From Verrucomicrobiota bacterium (GTDB lineage Bacteria; Verrucomicrobiota; Kiritimatiellia; CAIQIC01; Lenti-01): a stretch of DNA of 47,604 nucleotides. Below, piece after piece: positions 1-9,874 of this stretch. The first letter of the stretch is position 1. Each line of letters opens with the position of its first letter. The stretch lies in the NCBI GenBank assembly GCA_031262805.1, contig JAISGX010000034.1, forward strand, positions 1-47,604, given 5' to 3'. A program made the position numbers and the translations under genes. Below the pieces are notes generated by a model. The model searched no databases. It was not told the origin of the DNA and saw only the letters and a program-made list of their open reading frames with translations.

Positions 1-888
1 ATCCGCACGTTGTTGCTGACGTTCTTCTATCGCCAGATGCCCCAGCTGATTGAGCAGGGATATCTCTATATCGCCCAGCCGCCGCTTTATAAGATCAAGC
101 GCAAGAAACAGGAACGCTATATCGACAACGACCGCCACCTTTCGCAGGTGCTGATCGAACTCGGTATGGAGGAAGTGAAGCTGTTGGATTTGAACGGCGC
201 CGTGTTGCTCGAAGGCGTCCGCCTAGGCGAGGTGCTGAAGGTGCTGGAGGAAGTGGAGCACATTGCCGAGGCCGTGGCTCGCAAGAACATCGATTTCAAT
301 GATTATGTGCGTCGCTACGATGCCGAAAACAACCGGCTTCCGCTCTACCGCGTCCGCATCCTGCCGCCCGGCGGAAAGGTGGAGGACCAGGAAATCCACC
401 TCGCTTTCACCGACGAGGAAATGCGCCGGATTCGCGAAGAAGCCGAATCCCGGATGGGCGTACTGGACCCCTCCCAATTCAAGTGGGATGAACTCCACAT
501 TGCGCCCGGCCTGGTCAAGCAGTTTGCCCAGTTGCAGGCCAAGGGCTTCGGAATCGACGCGCTGTTGCGCCGGGAGCAGCCGCTGTTTGAAGCGGATGTC
601 GACGGCAAAAAAGTCATGATTCATGCCTTGGGAGATGTGCTTTCTCTTGTTCGCGAGGTCGGCCGCCGCGGCCTCGGCATTCAGCGCTACAAAGGCCTGG
701 GTGAAATGAATCCGGACCAGTTGTGGGAAACCACGCTGGAGCCGACCAAACGCAAGCTCCTTCAGGTGAACTTGGAGGATGCCATTCGCGCCGACCAGAC
801 GTTCACCATCCTGATGGGTGACGAAGTGGAACCCCGCCGCGATTTCATCAAAGAGAACGCGCTGAATGTCCGCAATCTGGACATTTAG
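1..888 (+). CDS. gyrB: DNA gyrase subunit B, C-terminal part (5' end lies upstream of the window)
   Basis: Frame 1 is open from nt 1 ([33 protein letters not shown]...). It carries GyrB C-terminal signatures ([30 protein letters not shown]). Stop at 886-888, and gyrA follows. Confidence 0.95.
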   Translation: MRTLLLTFFYRQMPQLIEQGYLYIAQPPLYKIKRKKQERYIDNDRHLSQVLIELGMEEVKLLDLNGAVLLEGVRLGEVLKVLEEVEHIAEAVARKNIDFNDYVRRYDAENNRLPLYRVRILPPGGKVEDQEIHLAFTDEEMRRIREEAESRMGVLDPSQFKWDELHIAPGLVKQFAQLQAKGFGIDALLRREQPLFEADVDGKKVMIHALGDVLSLVREVGRRGLGIQRYKGLGEMNPDQLWETTLEPTKRKLLQVNLEDAIRADQTFTILMGDEVEPRRDFIKENALNVRNLDI

Positions 889-1169
889 GCGCACTCGCAC
901 GGAAGAAGCCCGGCCCTCTGCGCCCAGCTTTTGCCGGGCGCCGTGCCGCGTGGTTTGGAACCGTTTTTCGTCCTTCCGGCGCGGCGGAAATGGCTGTTTG
1001 GAGGCGCCGATATTTTATGGTTTTCGGGCGGTTGTTTCTCGACGTTTGGCGCGAAAACCTGTTTAATTGATGAGAAATGCGGTGGCATGCCACCCGTGGG
1101 ACGAATCCGCCTTTTTGGATGAAACAAAAGGATGGGGTCGGTCCTGAATTTGGAAGCTAAGGAAATAGA

Positions 1170-3755
1170 ATGAGCGACGACATCACCAAGCCATCCGACA
1201 GCCCGGCGCCCCCGCCGGTGGCCCCTCAAAATGCACTCGACCGCATTGAGCGCATCAACATCGAAGAGGAAATGCAGCGGGCGTACATTGACTACTCCAT
1301 GTCCGTGATTGTCGGGCGGGCCCTGCCCGATGCCCGCGACGGCCTCAAGCCGGGCAATCGGCGCATCTTGTTTGCCATGCGGGAGGGCGGCTATCTGCGA
1401 AGCCGTCCCTTCATCAAATGCGCCCGTGTGGTCGGGGATGTGATTGCCAAATACCATCCCCATGGGGACTCGGGGGTGTATGACACCCTCGTGCGCATGG
1501 CGCAGGATTTTTCCACGCGCTACCTGCTGGTGAACGGCCAGGGGAACTTCGGCAGCATCGATGGTGATTCCGCGGCGGCCTACCGCTATACGGAATGTCG
1601 GCTGGAGAGGCTGGCGGAAGAATTGTTGGCGGATATCGACAAGGATACCGTCGATATGCAGCCTAACTATGATGAGAAGCTTCTGGAACCCACGGTCCTT
1701 CCCGCCCGCGTGCCGAATTTGCTGATCAATGGTTCCACCGGCATTGCCGTTGGGATGGCGACCAACATTCCCCCCCACAACCTCGGGGAAGTCGTGGATG
1801 GCGTGGTGCACCTGATCGACCACCCGGAAGCCACCGTGGCCGACTTGATGATGTTTGTGAAAGCGCCGGACTTTCCCACCGGCGGCACCCTGTGCGGGCT
1901 GACCCCCATTCGCGAGATGTACGAAACCGGCCGTGGCCACCTCCGCCTGCGCGGCAAGGCCGAAGTGGAGGCATGGAAGAACGACCGAGAGCGGATCATC
2001 ATCACCGAAATTCCCTACATGGTGAACAAGGCCAGTTTGATCGAAAAGATTGCCGATCTCGTGCATGAGAAAAAAATCGATGGCATCAGTGACTTGCGCG
2101 ATGAATCCGACAAGGACGGCATCCGGGTGGTGGTGGAGCTGAAACGCGGCGCCATCGGCCAGGTGGTGCTCAACCATCTCTTCAAGCAGACCCAGCTATC
2201 CATCACGTTCGGGGCCATCATGCTGGCCATCGACCACGGCCGCCCGCGCGTGATGAACCTCAAGGATTTGATGCTGTGCTTCGTCAACCACCGCTTTGAA
2301 GTGTTGACCCGTCGCACGCAGTTCGAGCTACGGGAAGCCGAGGCCCGCGCCCATATCCTCGAAGGCCTGTTGATCGCGCAGGACAATCTGGACGAGGTGG
2401 TCCGCATTATCCGCTCCTCCCCGAACCGCGATGTTGCCAAGGTGCAGTTGATCGGCCGCTTCGGCTTGAGCGACTTGCAGGCGGGGGCCATCCTGGACAT
2501 GCGCCTGTATCAGCTGACCGGTCTGGAACGCGAAAAGCTGGAAGCGGAATACAAAACCCTGCAGGACCGGATTGCCTATTTGAAGGAACTGCTGGCCGAC
2601 AGCAACAAGCTTTTCGGCGTGATGAAGGAGGATCTCCTCCAGATTCGCTCCACCTATACCGATGCCCGCCGGACCGAAATCGTCGCCGACCAGGGTGAAA
2701 TCAACATGGAGGATTTGGTGGCCGACGAAGACTGCGTGATTTCCCTCTCCCATGGAGGCTACATCAAGCGCACCCTGACGAGTGTCTACCGCGAACAGAA
2801 GCGTGGCGGCAAGGGAATGGCCGGAATGGATACCAAAGAGGAGGATTATGTCGAACACGTCTTCAACTGTTCGGCACATGATTGGATGCTCTTCTTCACC
2901 GAAGGCGGCCGGATGTATTTCAAGAAGGCCTATGAAATTCCGGAAGGCGGCCGCACCTCCCGCGGTAAAGCACTGGTCAACTTGCTGGACATGGCCAACA
3001 CCGAGAAAATTGCCTCCATCATCCCGGTGCGCGGGTTCGACCCGGACAAATACCTTTTCTTCGCCACCGAACGTGGAACCGTCAAAAAGACGATGCTGGA
3101 TGCCTACCGCCATGTGCGCGCCGCCGGCATCATCGCCATCCATATTGATGACGGCGACCGCCTGATCGGTGTGGAACTGACCACCGGAGCGGATGATTTG
3201 GTGCTGGTGACCCGCCTCGGGCAGGGCATCCGCTTCCATGAAAAAGATGTCCGCCCCATGGGCCGTAGCACGGGTGGCGTCCGCGGCATTAGCCTGGACG
3301 CTGGCGATGTGGTGGAAGGCGTGGAAGTCGTCCACGAAGAGGCCATGTTGCTCACCGTCACCGAAAACGGCTACGGCAAGCGCACCTCTTTTGCGGATTA
3401 CCGCATCCAGAGGCGCGGCGGCAAGGGTTTGATCGCCAACGACCTCACGCCCAAGACCGGCAACCTGGTCACCGCTCTCAGCGTGCACGACCACGAAGCC
3501 ATCATGATCGTCACCAAGCAGGGCACCATGATCCGTATGCCGGTGGACGGCGTCCGCATCACCGGCCGTTCCGCCCAGGGGGTCAGGTTGATCGATCTGG
3601 ACGCTGGCGATGTGGTGATGAGCGCCACCCCGGTGGAGCCGGAGGAGGAGGACGGCCCTGCGGAATCCGCTGCGGAACATCCGGAGGCGGAGTCCATTCC
3701 GCCCATGCTTGAAGCGGGCGACGCATCCACCAGCGGCGAACAAACCCAAGGATAA
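1170..3755 (+). CDS. gyrA: DNA gyrase subunit A
   Basis: 861-aa ORF with the GyrA N-terminal region (DGLKPGNRRILFAM, KYHPHGD, active-site AAYRYTECRL). It has repeated C-terminal beta-pinwheel blades (RGGKGM, GRSTGGVRGI, GRSAQGVRLI). AAGGAA lies upstream of the ATG. Confidence 0.97.
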   Translation: MSDDITKPSDSPAPPPVAPQNALDRIERINIEEEMQRAYIDYSMSVIVGRALPDARDGLKPGNRRILFAMREGGYLRSRPFIKCARVVGDVIAKYHPHGDSGVYDTLVRMAQDFSTRYLLVNGQGNFGSIDGDSAAAYRYTECRLERLAEELLADIDKDTVDMQPNYDEKLLEPTVLPARVPNLLINGSTGIAVGMATNIPPHNLGEVVDGVVHLIDHPEATVADLMMFVKAPDFPTGGTLCGLTPIREMYETGRGHLRLRGKAEVEAWKNDRERIIITEIPYMVNKASLIEKIADLVHEKKIDGISDLRDESDKDGIRVVVELKRGAIGQVVLNHLFKQTQLSITFGAIMLAIDHGRPRVMNLKDLMLCFVNHRFEVLTRRTQFELREAEARAHILEGLLIAQDNLDEVVRIIRSSPNRDVAKVQLIGRFGLSDLQAGAILDMRLYQLTGLEREKLEAEYKTLQDRIAYLKELLADSNKLFGVMKEDLLQIRSTYTDARRTEIVADQGEINMEDLVADEDCVISLSHGGYIKRTLTSVYREQKRGGKGMAGMDTKEEDYVEHVFNCSAHDWMLFFTEGGRMYFKKAYEIPEGGRTSRGKALVNLLDMANTEKIASIIPVRGFDPDKYLFFATERGTVKKTMLDAYRHVRAAGIIAIHIDDGDRLIGVELTTGADDLVLVTRLGQGIRFHEKDVRPMGRSTGGVRGISLDAGDVVEGVEVVHEEAMLLTVTENGYGKRTSFADYRIQRRGGKGLIANDLTPKTGNLVTALSVHDHEAIMIVTKQGTMIRMPVDGVRITGRSAQGVRLIDLDAGDVVMSATPVEPEEEDGPAESAAEHPEAESIPPMLEAGDASTSGEQTQG

Positions 3756-3758
3756 GCC

Positions 3759-4511
3759 ATGAATAAATGGATCATTGGATGGAGTGCTCTCCTGCTGACC
3801 GTTGCTTCCACATGGGGCCAGCCGTCGGCGGTTGATGTCCGCACGCAGGAGAAGGCCCTGCTGACTTGGCGGGACCCCCATCCCTGGCAGGCGGGGGTGG
3901 TGTATACCCGTGTGATGCGCCCCGTGAAGCTCAATGAAGTGACTTGCGATTTGAAGGCGGACATCGTGGATGCCGCCGTCTCCGTCGCCCCCTTCGGCTG
4001 GCTGGTGATCTATGGGCAGGTCGGCGCCTCCCGGGCCGAACTGGATAAATGGATGCAGGACGGCGCCTCCTTTGGCGCCGGCGGCCTGTTGGGCGTCCTG
4101 TTGAATTTGTGGGAGATCGACGCCGGCGAAACCGCCTCCGCTTGGCGCTTCACCATGCAGCTTGCCGGGCAATATGCCTATCGCACGGCGGATGACGATG
4201 GCGACGGAAAACTCCAGTGGGGCGAGGCCATGGTGATGTTGCCGCTCAACTATCACCTGTTTTTTTCCAGTCCTTCCCGTAACACCTATTCGGATGAATT
4301 TACCAGTTTGAATCTCTATGCCGGTCCGGCATTCTCCAAAGTGGACGGCGAATGGAACTTCGGCGGCGCCCACACAGACTTCGAGGAAGACCAGGCCTTC
4401 GGCGCCGTTGTCGGTGTGGATTTATGGCTACTGAACAACCTGTCCTTCGGCGCTCGGACGGATTGGTTCGACGAAATGTCGTTCCGTGTCTCCATGAACT
4501 ATCGGTTTTAA
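3759..4511 (+). CDS. Hypothetical outer-membrane beta-barrel protein
   Basis: 250 aa with a signal peptide (MNKWIIGWSALLLTVASTWGQ). It shows alternating amphipathic strand-like segments. The C-terminus (...FRVSMNYRF) ends in Phe, as in BAM-dependent OMPs. It starts 4 nt after the gyrA stop. Confidence 0.55.
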   Translation: MNKWIIGWSALLLTVASTWGQPSAVDVRTQEKALLTWRDPHPWQAGVVYTRVMRPVKLNEVTCDLKADIVDAAVSVAPFGWLVIYGQVGASRAELDKWMQDGASFGAGGLLGVLLNLWEIDAGETASAWRFTMQLAGQYAYRTADDDGDGKLQWGEAMVMLPLNYHLFFSSPSRNTYSDEFTSLNLYAGPAFSKVDGEWNFGGAHTDFEEDQAFGAVVGVDLWLLNNLSFGARTDWFDEMSFRVSMNYRF

Positions 4512-4526
4512 CATCCGGAGGAAGGC

Positions 4527-5414
4527 ATGGCAGTCCGTATATTGGATGGAAAGGCATTGGCGGGCGAACTTCGCGCCGAAGTGGCGGCCGAAGTGGCGAA
4601 TAAGCGCGCCCTGTCGAATTACGTTCCCGGCCTAGGGGTTATTCTGGTGGGGGATGATCCCGCCTCCCGCTCCTATGTGGCCGCCAAGCAACGGGCCTGT
4701 GAAGCCGTCGGCATCTACTCGCAGGAAATTCTGTTGCCTGCCGCCGCCGGACGGGAGGAAATCCTAGCGGCGGTTGAGCAACTGAATCAGGACGAGCAGA
4801 TCGACGGTGTGTTGGTGCAGCTTCCGCTTCCCGACTCGGAGATTGAGCATGAGGTGATCGAATCCATTGATCCCGCCAAGGATGTGGATGGATTCCATCC
4901 CATGAACGTGGGGCGGCTGGTACTGGGTTTGCCCACTCTGGTGCCCTGCACTCCGAACGGCATTCTTGAAATGCTCCGGCGATCGGGGATTGTCCTCAAA
5001 GGCGCCCATGTCGTCATTCTCGGGCGCAGCCGGATCGTCGGCCGCCCGCTCTCCATCCTGCTTTCCCAAAAAGGCGTGGATGCCACCGTGACCGTCTGCC
5101 ATACGCGGACGAGGGATTTCGCCCGCTATACCCGGGAGGCCGACATCATTGTGGCCGCCGTCGGCCGCCCGCACACCTTGTCCGCTGCCATGGTCCGCCC
5201 TGGGGCGGTGGTGGTGGATGTCGGCGTGAATCGCATTCCGGATGCCACCCGGAAAACCGGGTACCGCCTGGTGGGGGATGTGGAATTCGAGGAGGTGTCC
5301 GCCGTGGCCTCCGCCATTACGCCCGTGCCCGGCGGGGTCGGCCCGATGACGATTGCCATGCTCCTGCACAACACGGCCATGGCCGCCGCACGCCGCCGGG
5401 AGGGCCGTGTATGA
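4527..5414 (+). CDS. folD: Bifunctional 5,10-methylene-tetrahydrofolate dehydrogenase / methenyl-THF cyclohydrolase
   Basis: 295 aa with a FolD-type N-terminus (ILDGKALA...). It has VILVGDDPASRSYV, the Rossmann segment VVILGRSRIVGRPLS, and PVPGGVGPMTIAML near the C-terminus. GGAGGA RBS. Confidence 0.93.
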   Translation: MAVRILDGKALAGELRAEVAAEVANKRALSNYVPGLGVILVGDDPASRSYVAAKQRACEAVGIYSQEILLPAAAGREEILAAVEQLNQDEQIDGVLVQLPLPDSEIEHEVIESIDPAKDVDGFHPMNVGRLVLGLPTLVPCTPNGILEMLRRSGIVLKGAHVVILGRSRIVGRPLSILLSQKGVDATVTVCHTRTRDFARYTREADIIVAAVGRPHTLSAAMVRPGAVVVDVGVNRIPDATRKTGYRLVGDVEFEEVSAVASAITPVPGGVGPMTIAMLLHNTAMAAARRREGRV

Positions 5415-6538
5415 TGATGCGGGTCCTGAACCAGTATATGCTGGGGGATTTTGTTAAAAACTTCCTGCTGACCGCAGTGGTCCTGACCTTTGTGATGTAT
5501 GTGGGTGCCGTCGTGCAGGCCATCGACTACATGTCGCGTGGCATTTCCGGGCTGCTCATCATGAAAATTTTCTCGCTCAATATTCCCTTCACGCTCTCCT
5601 TTGTCATTCCCATGAGCGTACTGACCACGGTGTTGCTGCATTTCGGCCGGTTGTCTGCGGACGGGGAAATCACCGCCATGAAGGCCTCCGGCGTCAGTCT
5701 GTGGCAGATTGCGTCGCCCATCCTGTTCATCACTGTCCTGTTGTCCATCCTGTGCCTGTATATCAACGCGGAACTCTCACCGAACAGCCATTTCGCCCGT
5801 CGGCAGATGCTCCGCGATTTGGGGGAGGAGGATCCCCTAGCCCTGTTGGAGGAAGGTCAGTTCGTCCAGGATTTTCCGGGCGTCCGGGTGTATATCGGCA
5901 AAAAATCCGGCACCCACATTGAAGATATCATCCTGTATAAATTCGGCGAAAAAGGCTCGGAAGCCGAAGTTTTTGCCCATTCGGGCACCATTGATTTCGA
6001 CCGCGAAAGCCGCATCATGAACATCAACCTGCAACAGGTACGCATGACGGAGTTCGACAAGGACGCTCCGGGCGACACCACGAAGTCCCGCACCCTCAGC
6101 GCGGAGAGCTATCCGCTGGTGCTCGACCTCAACCAGATGATGTCCAAGAGCCCCATCCACAAAAAACCGTCGGATATGAACTATGGTGAACTACTGTATG
6201 CGGCGCAGAACACCCGCCGCCAGTTTCCGGATCTGCTGGAAAAGGATGTGTCCCGGCGGCGGGCGAAATTGGCCGTGGAAGCCAGCCAGCGCCTAGCGTT
6301 GTCCTTGTCCTGCTTTTCCTTCGCGCTGATCGGCATTCCCCTAGGCATTCGCTCCAACCGGAGGGAATCCTCCATTGGCATCGGCATCGCTCTGGTCCTG
6401 CTCTTCTTGTTCTACCTGTTTATCATCATCTCGGATGCCCTAGTGGACCGGCCGGAATGGCGGCCGGACCTGTTGCCGTGGATTCCGGTGCTGGGCTGCC
6501 AGCTCATCGGCGTGATCCTCCTGAATAAGCAACGCTAA
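5411..6538 (+). CDS. LptF/LptG-family (YjgP/YjgQ) LPS export permease
   Basis: 375 aa with the layout 3 TM, then a soluble insert of about 130 aa, then 3 TM, as in YjgP/YjgQ permeases. ATGA overlap with the folD stop. I cannot tell LptF from LptG by eye. Confidence 0.8.
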   Translation: MMMRVLNQYMLGDFVKNFLLTAVVLTFVMYVGAVVQAIDYMSRGISGLLIMKIFSLNIPFTLSFVIPMSVLTTVLLHFGRLSADGEITAMKASGVSLWQIASPILFITVLLSILCLYINAELSPNSHFARRQMLRDLGEEDPLALLEEGQFVQDFPGVRVYIGKKSGTHIEDIILYKFGEKGSEAEVFAHSGTIDFDRESRIMNINLQQVRMTEFDKDAPGDTTKSRTLSAESYPLVLDLNQMMSKSPIHKKPSDMNYGELLYAAQNTRRQFPDLLEKDVSRRRAKLAVEASQRLALSLSCFSFALIGIPLGIRSNRRESSIGIGIALVLLFLFYLFIIISDALVDRPEWRPDLLPWIPVLGCQLIGVILLNKQR

Positions 6539-6732
6539 GCCGTCGGCGTCGGCAGCCCATCCGGAAACGGCGGCCGCTTTCCTGTTCGGCCATGCTCGGC
6601 GGCCCCCTCCGCAGAGAAGTCGGCATCTTCATCCCTTATGCAGAAGGGGCATCTTTTTATCTATTTCTCCTTGCCGGAGTTGATATTCAGAATGGGTGGA
6701 GTAGGCTGACAGGTTCATCTTGGAAGGAAGAT

Positions 6733-8712
6733 ATGAAGAAAAATCGGATCACCACCACCTGCCGAAATTGGATATCGGAGCCGCACCGCCGCTTCATTTT
6801 GTTGACGGCGCTTTCCGGCGGCTTCCTGATTTGGAGCTTTTTGGGCGGTCATCACGACGCCCACGCTGCCGCCTCCGCCCCAGCCGCTCATTCCACGGTG
6901 GAAGGCCGTGTCCTATCGGCTCCGGAAGAAGCCGCGCCGCCGCACGGTCGGGTTGCATTTGATCCCGCGTGGTTCACCATCCTGATTTCCGGCGTTCCCA
7001 TCGTCTGGATGGCCTTCAAGCAGTTCTTTACGCGGTTGAACATCCGCGCCGGATTGTTGATCAGCATCGCCCTGCTGGCGGCGCTGGCCGTGGGGGAATA
7101 TTTTGCCGCCGGGGAAGTCGCCTTCATCATGGCCCTCGGGGAGATTCTGGAAGGCCATACCCTGCGGAAAACACGTTCTGGCGTGCGCAAATTGATCCAC
7201 CTGGCGCCGCGGAGCGCCCAGGTCATTCGGGAGGGGGTGGAGGAAACCATCCCGGCATTGGATGTCCGCACCGGAGATGTGGTCCGAGTGCGGCCCGGCA
7301 AGGTCATTCCCGTGGACGGCGTGATTCTCCGGGGCGATTCAACGGTGGACCAATCCATTCTCACGGGAGAAGCCCTTCCGGTGGAATTGACGGTGGGGGA
7401 CCGCACGATGGCGGGAACGTTGAACCAATTCGGCACCATGGACATCCAGGCGGCAAAAGATGGCCAGGATTCCACCATTCAACGCATGATTTCGCTGGTG
7501 GAGAAAGCCCAGCAGCAACGAGCCCCCGTGGTGCGCCTGGCGGACCGCTGGGCAACCGTCTTGGTGCCGACGGCCCTGTTGACGGCCGTGCTTGTCGGCC
7601 TCTTCACGCAGGATGTCCTCCGGGCCGTGACCATTCTGATTGTCTTCTGCCCCTGTGCCCTGGCCTTGGCCACTCCAACCGCCGTTATGGCCGGTATCGG
7701 AAATTTGACTCGAAAAGGTATCCTGGTGAAATCCGGCGGCGCGCTGGAAGACATGGGCAAAGTGACGGAAGTGGCGTTTGACAAGACCGGCACTCTCACC
7801 GAAGGCCGCCTGATGCTCTCCGATTGCATTTCGTTTGAGCCCGATGTGTCGGCGGATGACCTGCTGGCCCAGGTGGCCGCAGTGGAAAGCCGTTCCGAGC
7901 ACCCGGTGGCCCAAGCCATCCTGAAAGCCGCCCGGGCCAGGCTGCTTTCCCCGGCGGCCGCCGAATCCTTCCGGATGGTGCCGGGACGCGGCGTGGAAGC
8001 CGTGGTGGGTGGCCATACCTACTTGGCCGGAAACCAGCGCCTTATGGACGAAACCGGCATCGTTATTTCCGCAGAGCCGCAGGCCGCCATGAGCGCGATC
8101 TTGGCGGGGGACAAGGTGCCGCTGTGGGTGGCCCGCGATGGCCGCCTGCTGGGCTGCTTGGCCTTGCAGGATACGCCAAGGGCGGATGCCGCTCGGACGG
8201 TGGCGCGCCTCCACGACGTAGGAATTTCCCGCGTGATGCTCTTGACCGGGGACCATTCCTCCGCCGCCCGGCGGATCGGCGCCTTGGCCGGGGTGGATGA
8301 AATTCATGACGAACTTCTTCCCGAAGACAAGGTCCGGATCTTGGAGGGCGTGGTGGCCAAGGGCATCCGCATCGCCATGGTGGGCGACGGCATCAACGAT
8401 GCTCCGGCCTTCAAGACCGCCACGGTCGGCATTGCCATGGGCGGGGTGGGAAGCGACATCTCCGTGGATGCCGCCGATATTGTCCTCATGCAGGACAATA
8501 TCCACAGCCTGCCGTGTTTGAAGCGGATGGCGCGCATGACCTTGAGCACCATCACCACCGGAATTCTGTTTTCGCTCTCTCTCAACATCACCGCCATCTT
8601 CCTGGCCGCCAATGGGTGGATGGGGCCGGTGGCCGGCGCCTTGGTCCATAATGCCGGTTCCGTGCTGGTGGTGGGCAACGCGGCCTTGTTGTTCCGCCGC
8701 CGGTGTGAATAG
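6733..8712 (+). CDS. Heavy-metal translocating P-type ATPase (P1B), metal specificity unresolved
   Basis: Motifs present: TGE (ILTGEALP), CPC in a TM helix ([12 protein letters not shown]), [16 protein letters not shown] and GDGINDAP. The start was chosen at ATG 6733 after GGAAGGAAG; the ORF is open from 6592. There is no ferredoxin-like HMA domain, only a His-rich stretch ([17 protein letters not shown]). Confidence 0.9.
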   Translation: MKKNRITTTCRNWISEPHRRFILLTALSGGFLIWSFLGGHHDAHAAASAPAAHSTVEGRVLSAPEEAAPPHGRVAFDPAWFTILISGVPIVWMAFKQFFTRLNIRAGLLISIALLAALAVGEYFAAGEVAFIMALGEILEGHTLRKTRSGVRKLIHLAPRSAQVIREGVEETIPALDVRTGDVVRVRPGKVIPVDGVILRGDSTVDQSILTGEALPVELTVGDRTMAGTLNQFGTMDIQAAKDGQDSTIQRMISLVEKAQQQRAPVVRLADRWATVLVPTALLTAVLVGLFTQDVLRAVTILIVFCPCALALATPTAVMAGIGNLTRKGILVKSGGALEDMGKVTEVAFDKTGTLTEGRLMLSDCISFEPDVSADDLLAQVAAVESRSEHPVAQAILKAARARLLSPAAAESFRMVPGRGVEAVVGGHTYLAGNQRLMDETGIVISAEPQAAMSAILAGDKVPLWVARDGRLLGCLALQDTPRADAARTVARLHDVGISRVMLLTGDHSSAARRIGALAGVDEIHDELLPEDKVRILEGVVAKGIRIAMVGDGINDAPAFKTATVGIAMGGVGSDISVDAADIVLMQDNIHSLPCLKRMARMTLSTITTGILFSLSLNITAIFLAANGWMGPVAGALVHNAGSVLVVGNAALLFRRRCE

Positions 8713-8754
8713 GCGGTTCGCTCCGCGTCCGGTCGGCTTCGATCTCCTCCATGG

Positions 8755-8795
8755 TTTTCCATGGTGTGGAAAAAAGTTTTCCACACCATGGAAAA
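8755..8795. repeat. Perfect palindrome: 19-bp arms TTTTCCATGGTGTGGAAAA / TTTTCCACACCATGGAAAA with a 3-nt loop
   Basis: Read directly: 8755-8773 is the exact reverse complement of 8777-8795. It lies between the ATPase stop (8712) and the tsaB start (8814). It is built from the same TTTTCCA/TGGAAAA units seen at 28709-28765 and 34722-34876. Confidence 0.9.
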
Positions 8796-8813
8796 ATGGC
8801 AGAGTGCCCCTCC

Positions 8814-9464
8814 ATGAACGTATTGGCTTTGGAATTTTCGACGGATCAGGCAAGTGTAGCGCTGTTGAAGGATGGCGAGGTGGCGGCTCGTGCGAATGTG
8901 GCGGCCGGGCTCCGGAAAAGCCAGGAACTCTTTCCCGCAGTGGAACGGTTGCTGGCTTCCGTCGGCTGGGCGTTCCAAGAGGTGGATGTCTTTGCCGTGG
9001 GGCGGGGGCCGGGGTCGTACACCGGGCTACGGGTGAGTTTGACGGCGGCCCAGGGCTGGGCCCTCCCGGCAGGAAAAACCGTTTGGACGCTCAGCAGTGC
9101 CGCGGCCCTGGCGGCGGAATGGCTGGCGGAGAATCCATCCGCTCCAAGTGTGGTGGTGTGGGGGAGCGTGCGTCGCCAAAGCGTTTGGGCGGCGGAATTC
9201 GAGCGCGACGGCTTGCGGGGAAACGTTCGGCGCAACGGGGAGTGGCGCGTGCTGGCGGAGGAGGCCCGCATGGAGGCGTGGCCGAATGCGTTTTGGGTGG
9301 AGGCCGGCCGGGCGCCCCAAGCGGAATGGGTCGGCCGCTTGTACTTCATGCAGCGGGCGAGCGAAGAGCTGGAACCAATTTATCTGCATCCTGCGGTGGC
9401 GACGCCGCCCCGATTCGATGCCGATGGACGTCCGGTCACGCCGGATGGATTTCCAAAGGCCTAG
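8814..9464 (+). CDS. tsaB: tRNA N6-threonylcarbamoyladenosine (t6A) biosynthesis protein TsaB
   Basis: MNVLALEFSTDQASVALL..., with GRGPGSYTGLRVSLTAAQGWA, which is the TsaB/YeaZ signature. The start was chosen at ATG 8814 inside the longer ORF that opens at 8751. Confidence 0.85.
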   Translation: MNVLALEFSTDQASVALLKDGEVAARANVAAGLRKSQELFPAVERLLASVGWAFQEVDVFAVGRGPGSYTGLRVSLTAAQGWALPAGKTVWTLSSAAALAAEWLAENPSAPSVVVWGSVRRQSVWAAEFERDGLRGNVRRNGEWRVLAEEARMEAWPNAFWVEAGRAPQAEWVGRLYFMQRASEELEPIYLHPAVATPPRFDADGRPVTPDGFPKA

Positions 9465-9874
9465 GGCGCGGGGGGTAGCGGGGCGGGCCGCCGGGGATCC
9501 TGAAGCCGCACCAGGTTGGAGCGGTTCGGAGCGGGATCGAAATGGGTGATATAGGTGATGGTGACGCGGGCCTGCTCGGCAATGCCGGCATGGGCATAGG
9601 CGGCGGCCATCTCGTCCGCTAGGGCCGTGGGGGTTTTGTTTTCCGCCACGATTTGGCTCAGGAAAGGTAGCTCGATATGCCCGGCGCTGTCCACGACTTC
9701 ACGGTAGGCCGGTAGGGAATTATTGCCGATGCCTTCAATGTGGACCAAAAGGGCATCGCCTTTTCTCAGGGGGGCGTTGGACGGGACTTCCTGCGGATCG
9801 GGTTGGGCGCAAAGGGCGCCGCCGACCGCCGGGAGGAGCAGAAGGAAGAGGAGGCGGATGATCATTCGGTTCAT
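9461..9874 (-). CDS. Small secreted protein with a Poly_export-like (Wza N-terminal type) domain
   Basis: 137 aa with signal peptide MNRMIIRLLFLLLLPAVGGALCAQ. The pattern GDALLVHIEG...VVDSAGHIELPFLSQIVAENKTPTALADEMAAAY matches the polysaccharide-export domain consensus (GD.L.I...VD.DG.I.LP.IG.V...G.T...L). ATGA overlap with the upstream CPA2 gene. Confidence 0.55.
   Translation of the reverse strand: MNRMIIRLLFLLLLPAVGGALCAQPDPQEVPSNAPLRKGDALLVHIEGIGNNSLPAYREVVDSAGHIELPFLSQIVAENKTPTALADEMAAAYAHAGIAEQARVTITYITHFDPAPNRSNLVRLQDPRRPAPLPPAP

Noticed and set aside
885-2177. 430-aa ORF on the minus strand.
   Set aside because: It is fully antisense to gyrA, whose identity is unambiguous. It has a His/Gly/Ala/Val-rich, low-information composition typical of shadow ORFs in GC-rich DNA.
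2328-4373. 681-aa ORF on the minus strand.
   Set aside because: It is antisense to the 3' half of gyrA and to the OMP gene. It has no recognisable motif and is a GC-driven shadow frame.
8755-8795. The TTTTCCA/TGGAAAA repeats (three loci) as a CRISPR array or as canonical intrinsic terminators.
   Set aside because: Units are 7-8 nt, irregularly spaced, in alternating orientation and dispersed over three loci, so they are not a repeat-spacer array. The hairpins lack the downstream U-tract expected for terminators, and separate canonical terminators exist nearby (for example 28815-28852).
7339-8853. 504-aa ORF on the minus strand. This also covers the alternative-frame ORFs at 6969-7781 and 8612-9478.
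   Set aside because: They are antisense to, or out of frame with, the P-type ATPase and tsaB, both of which carry diagnostic motifs. Their composition is Gly/Arg/Pro/His-rich with no domain signature.
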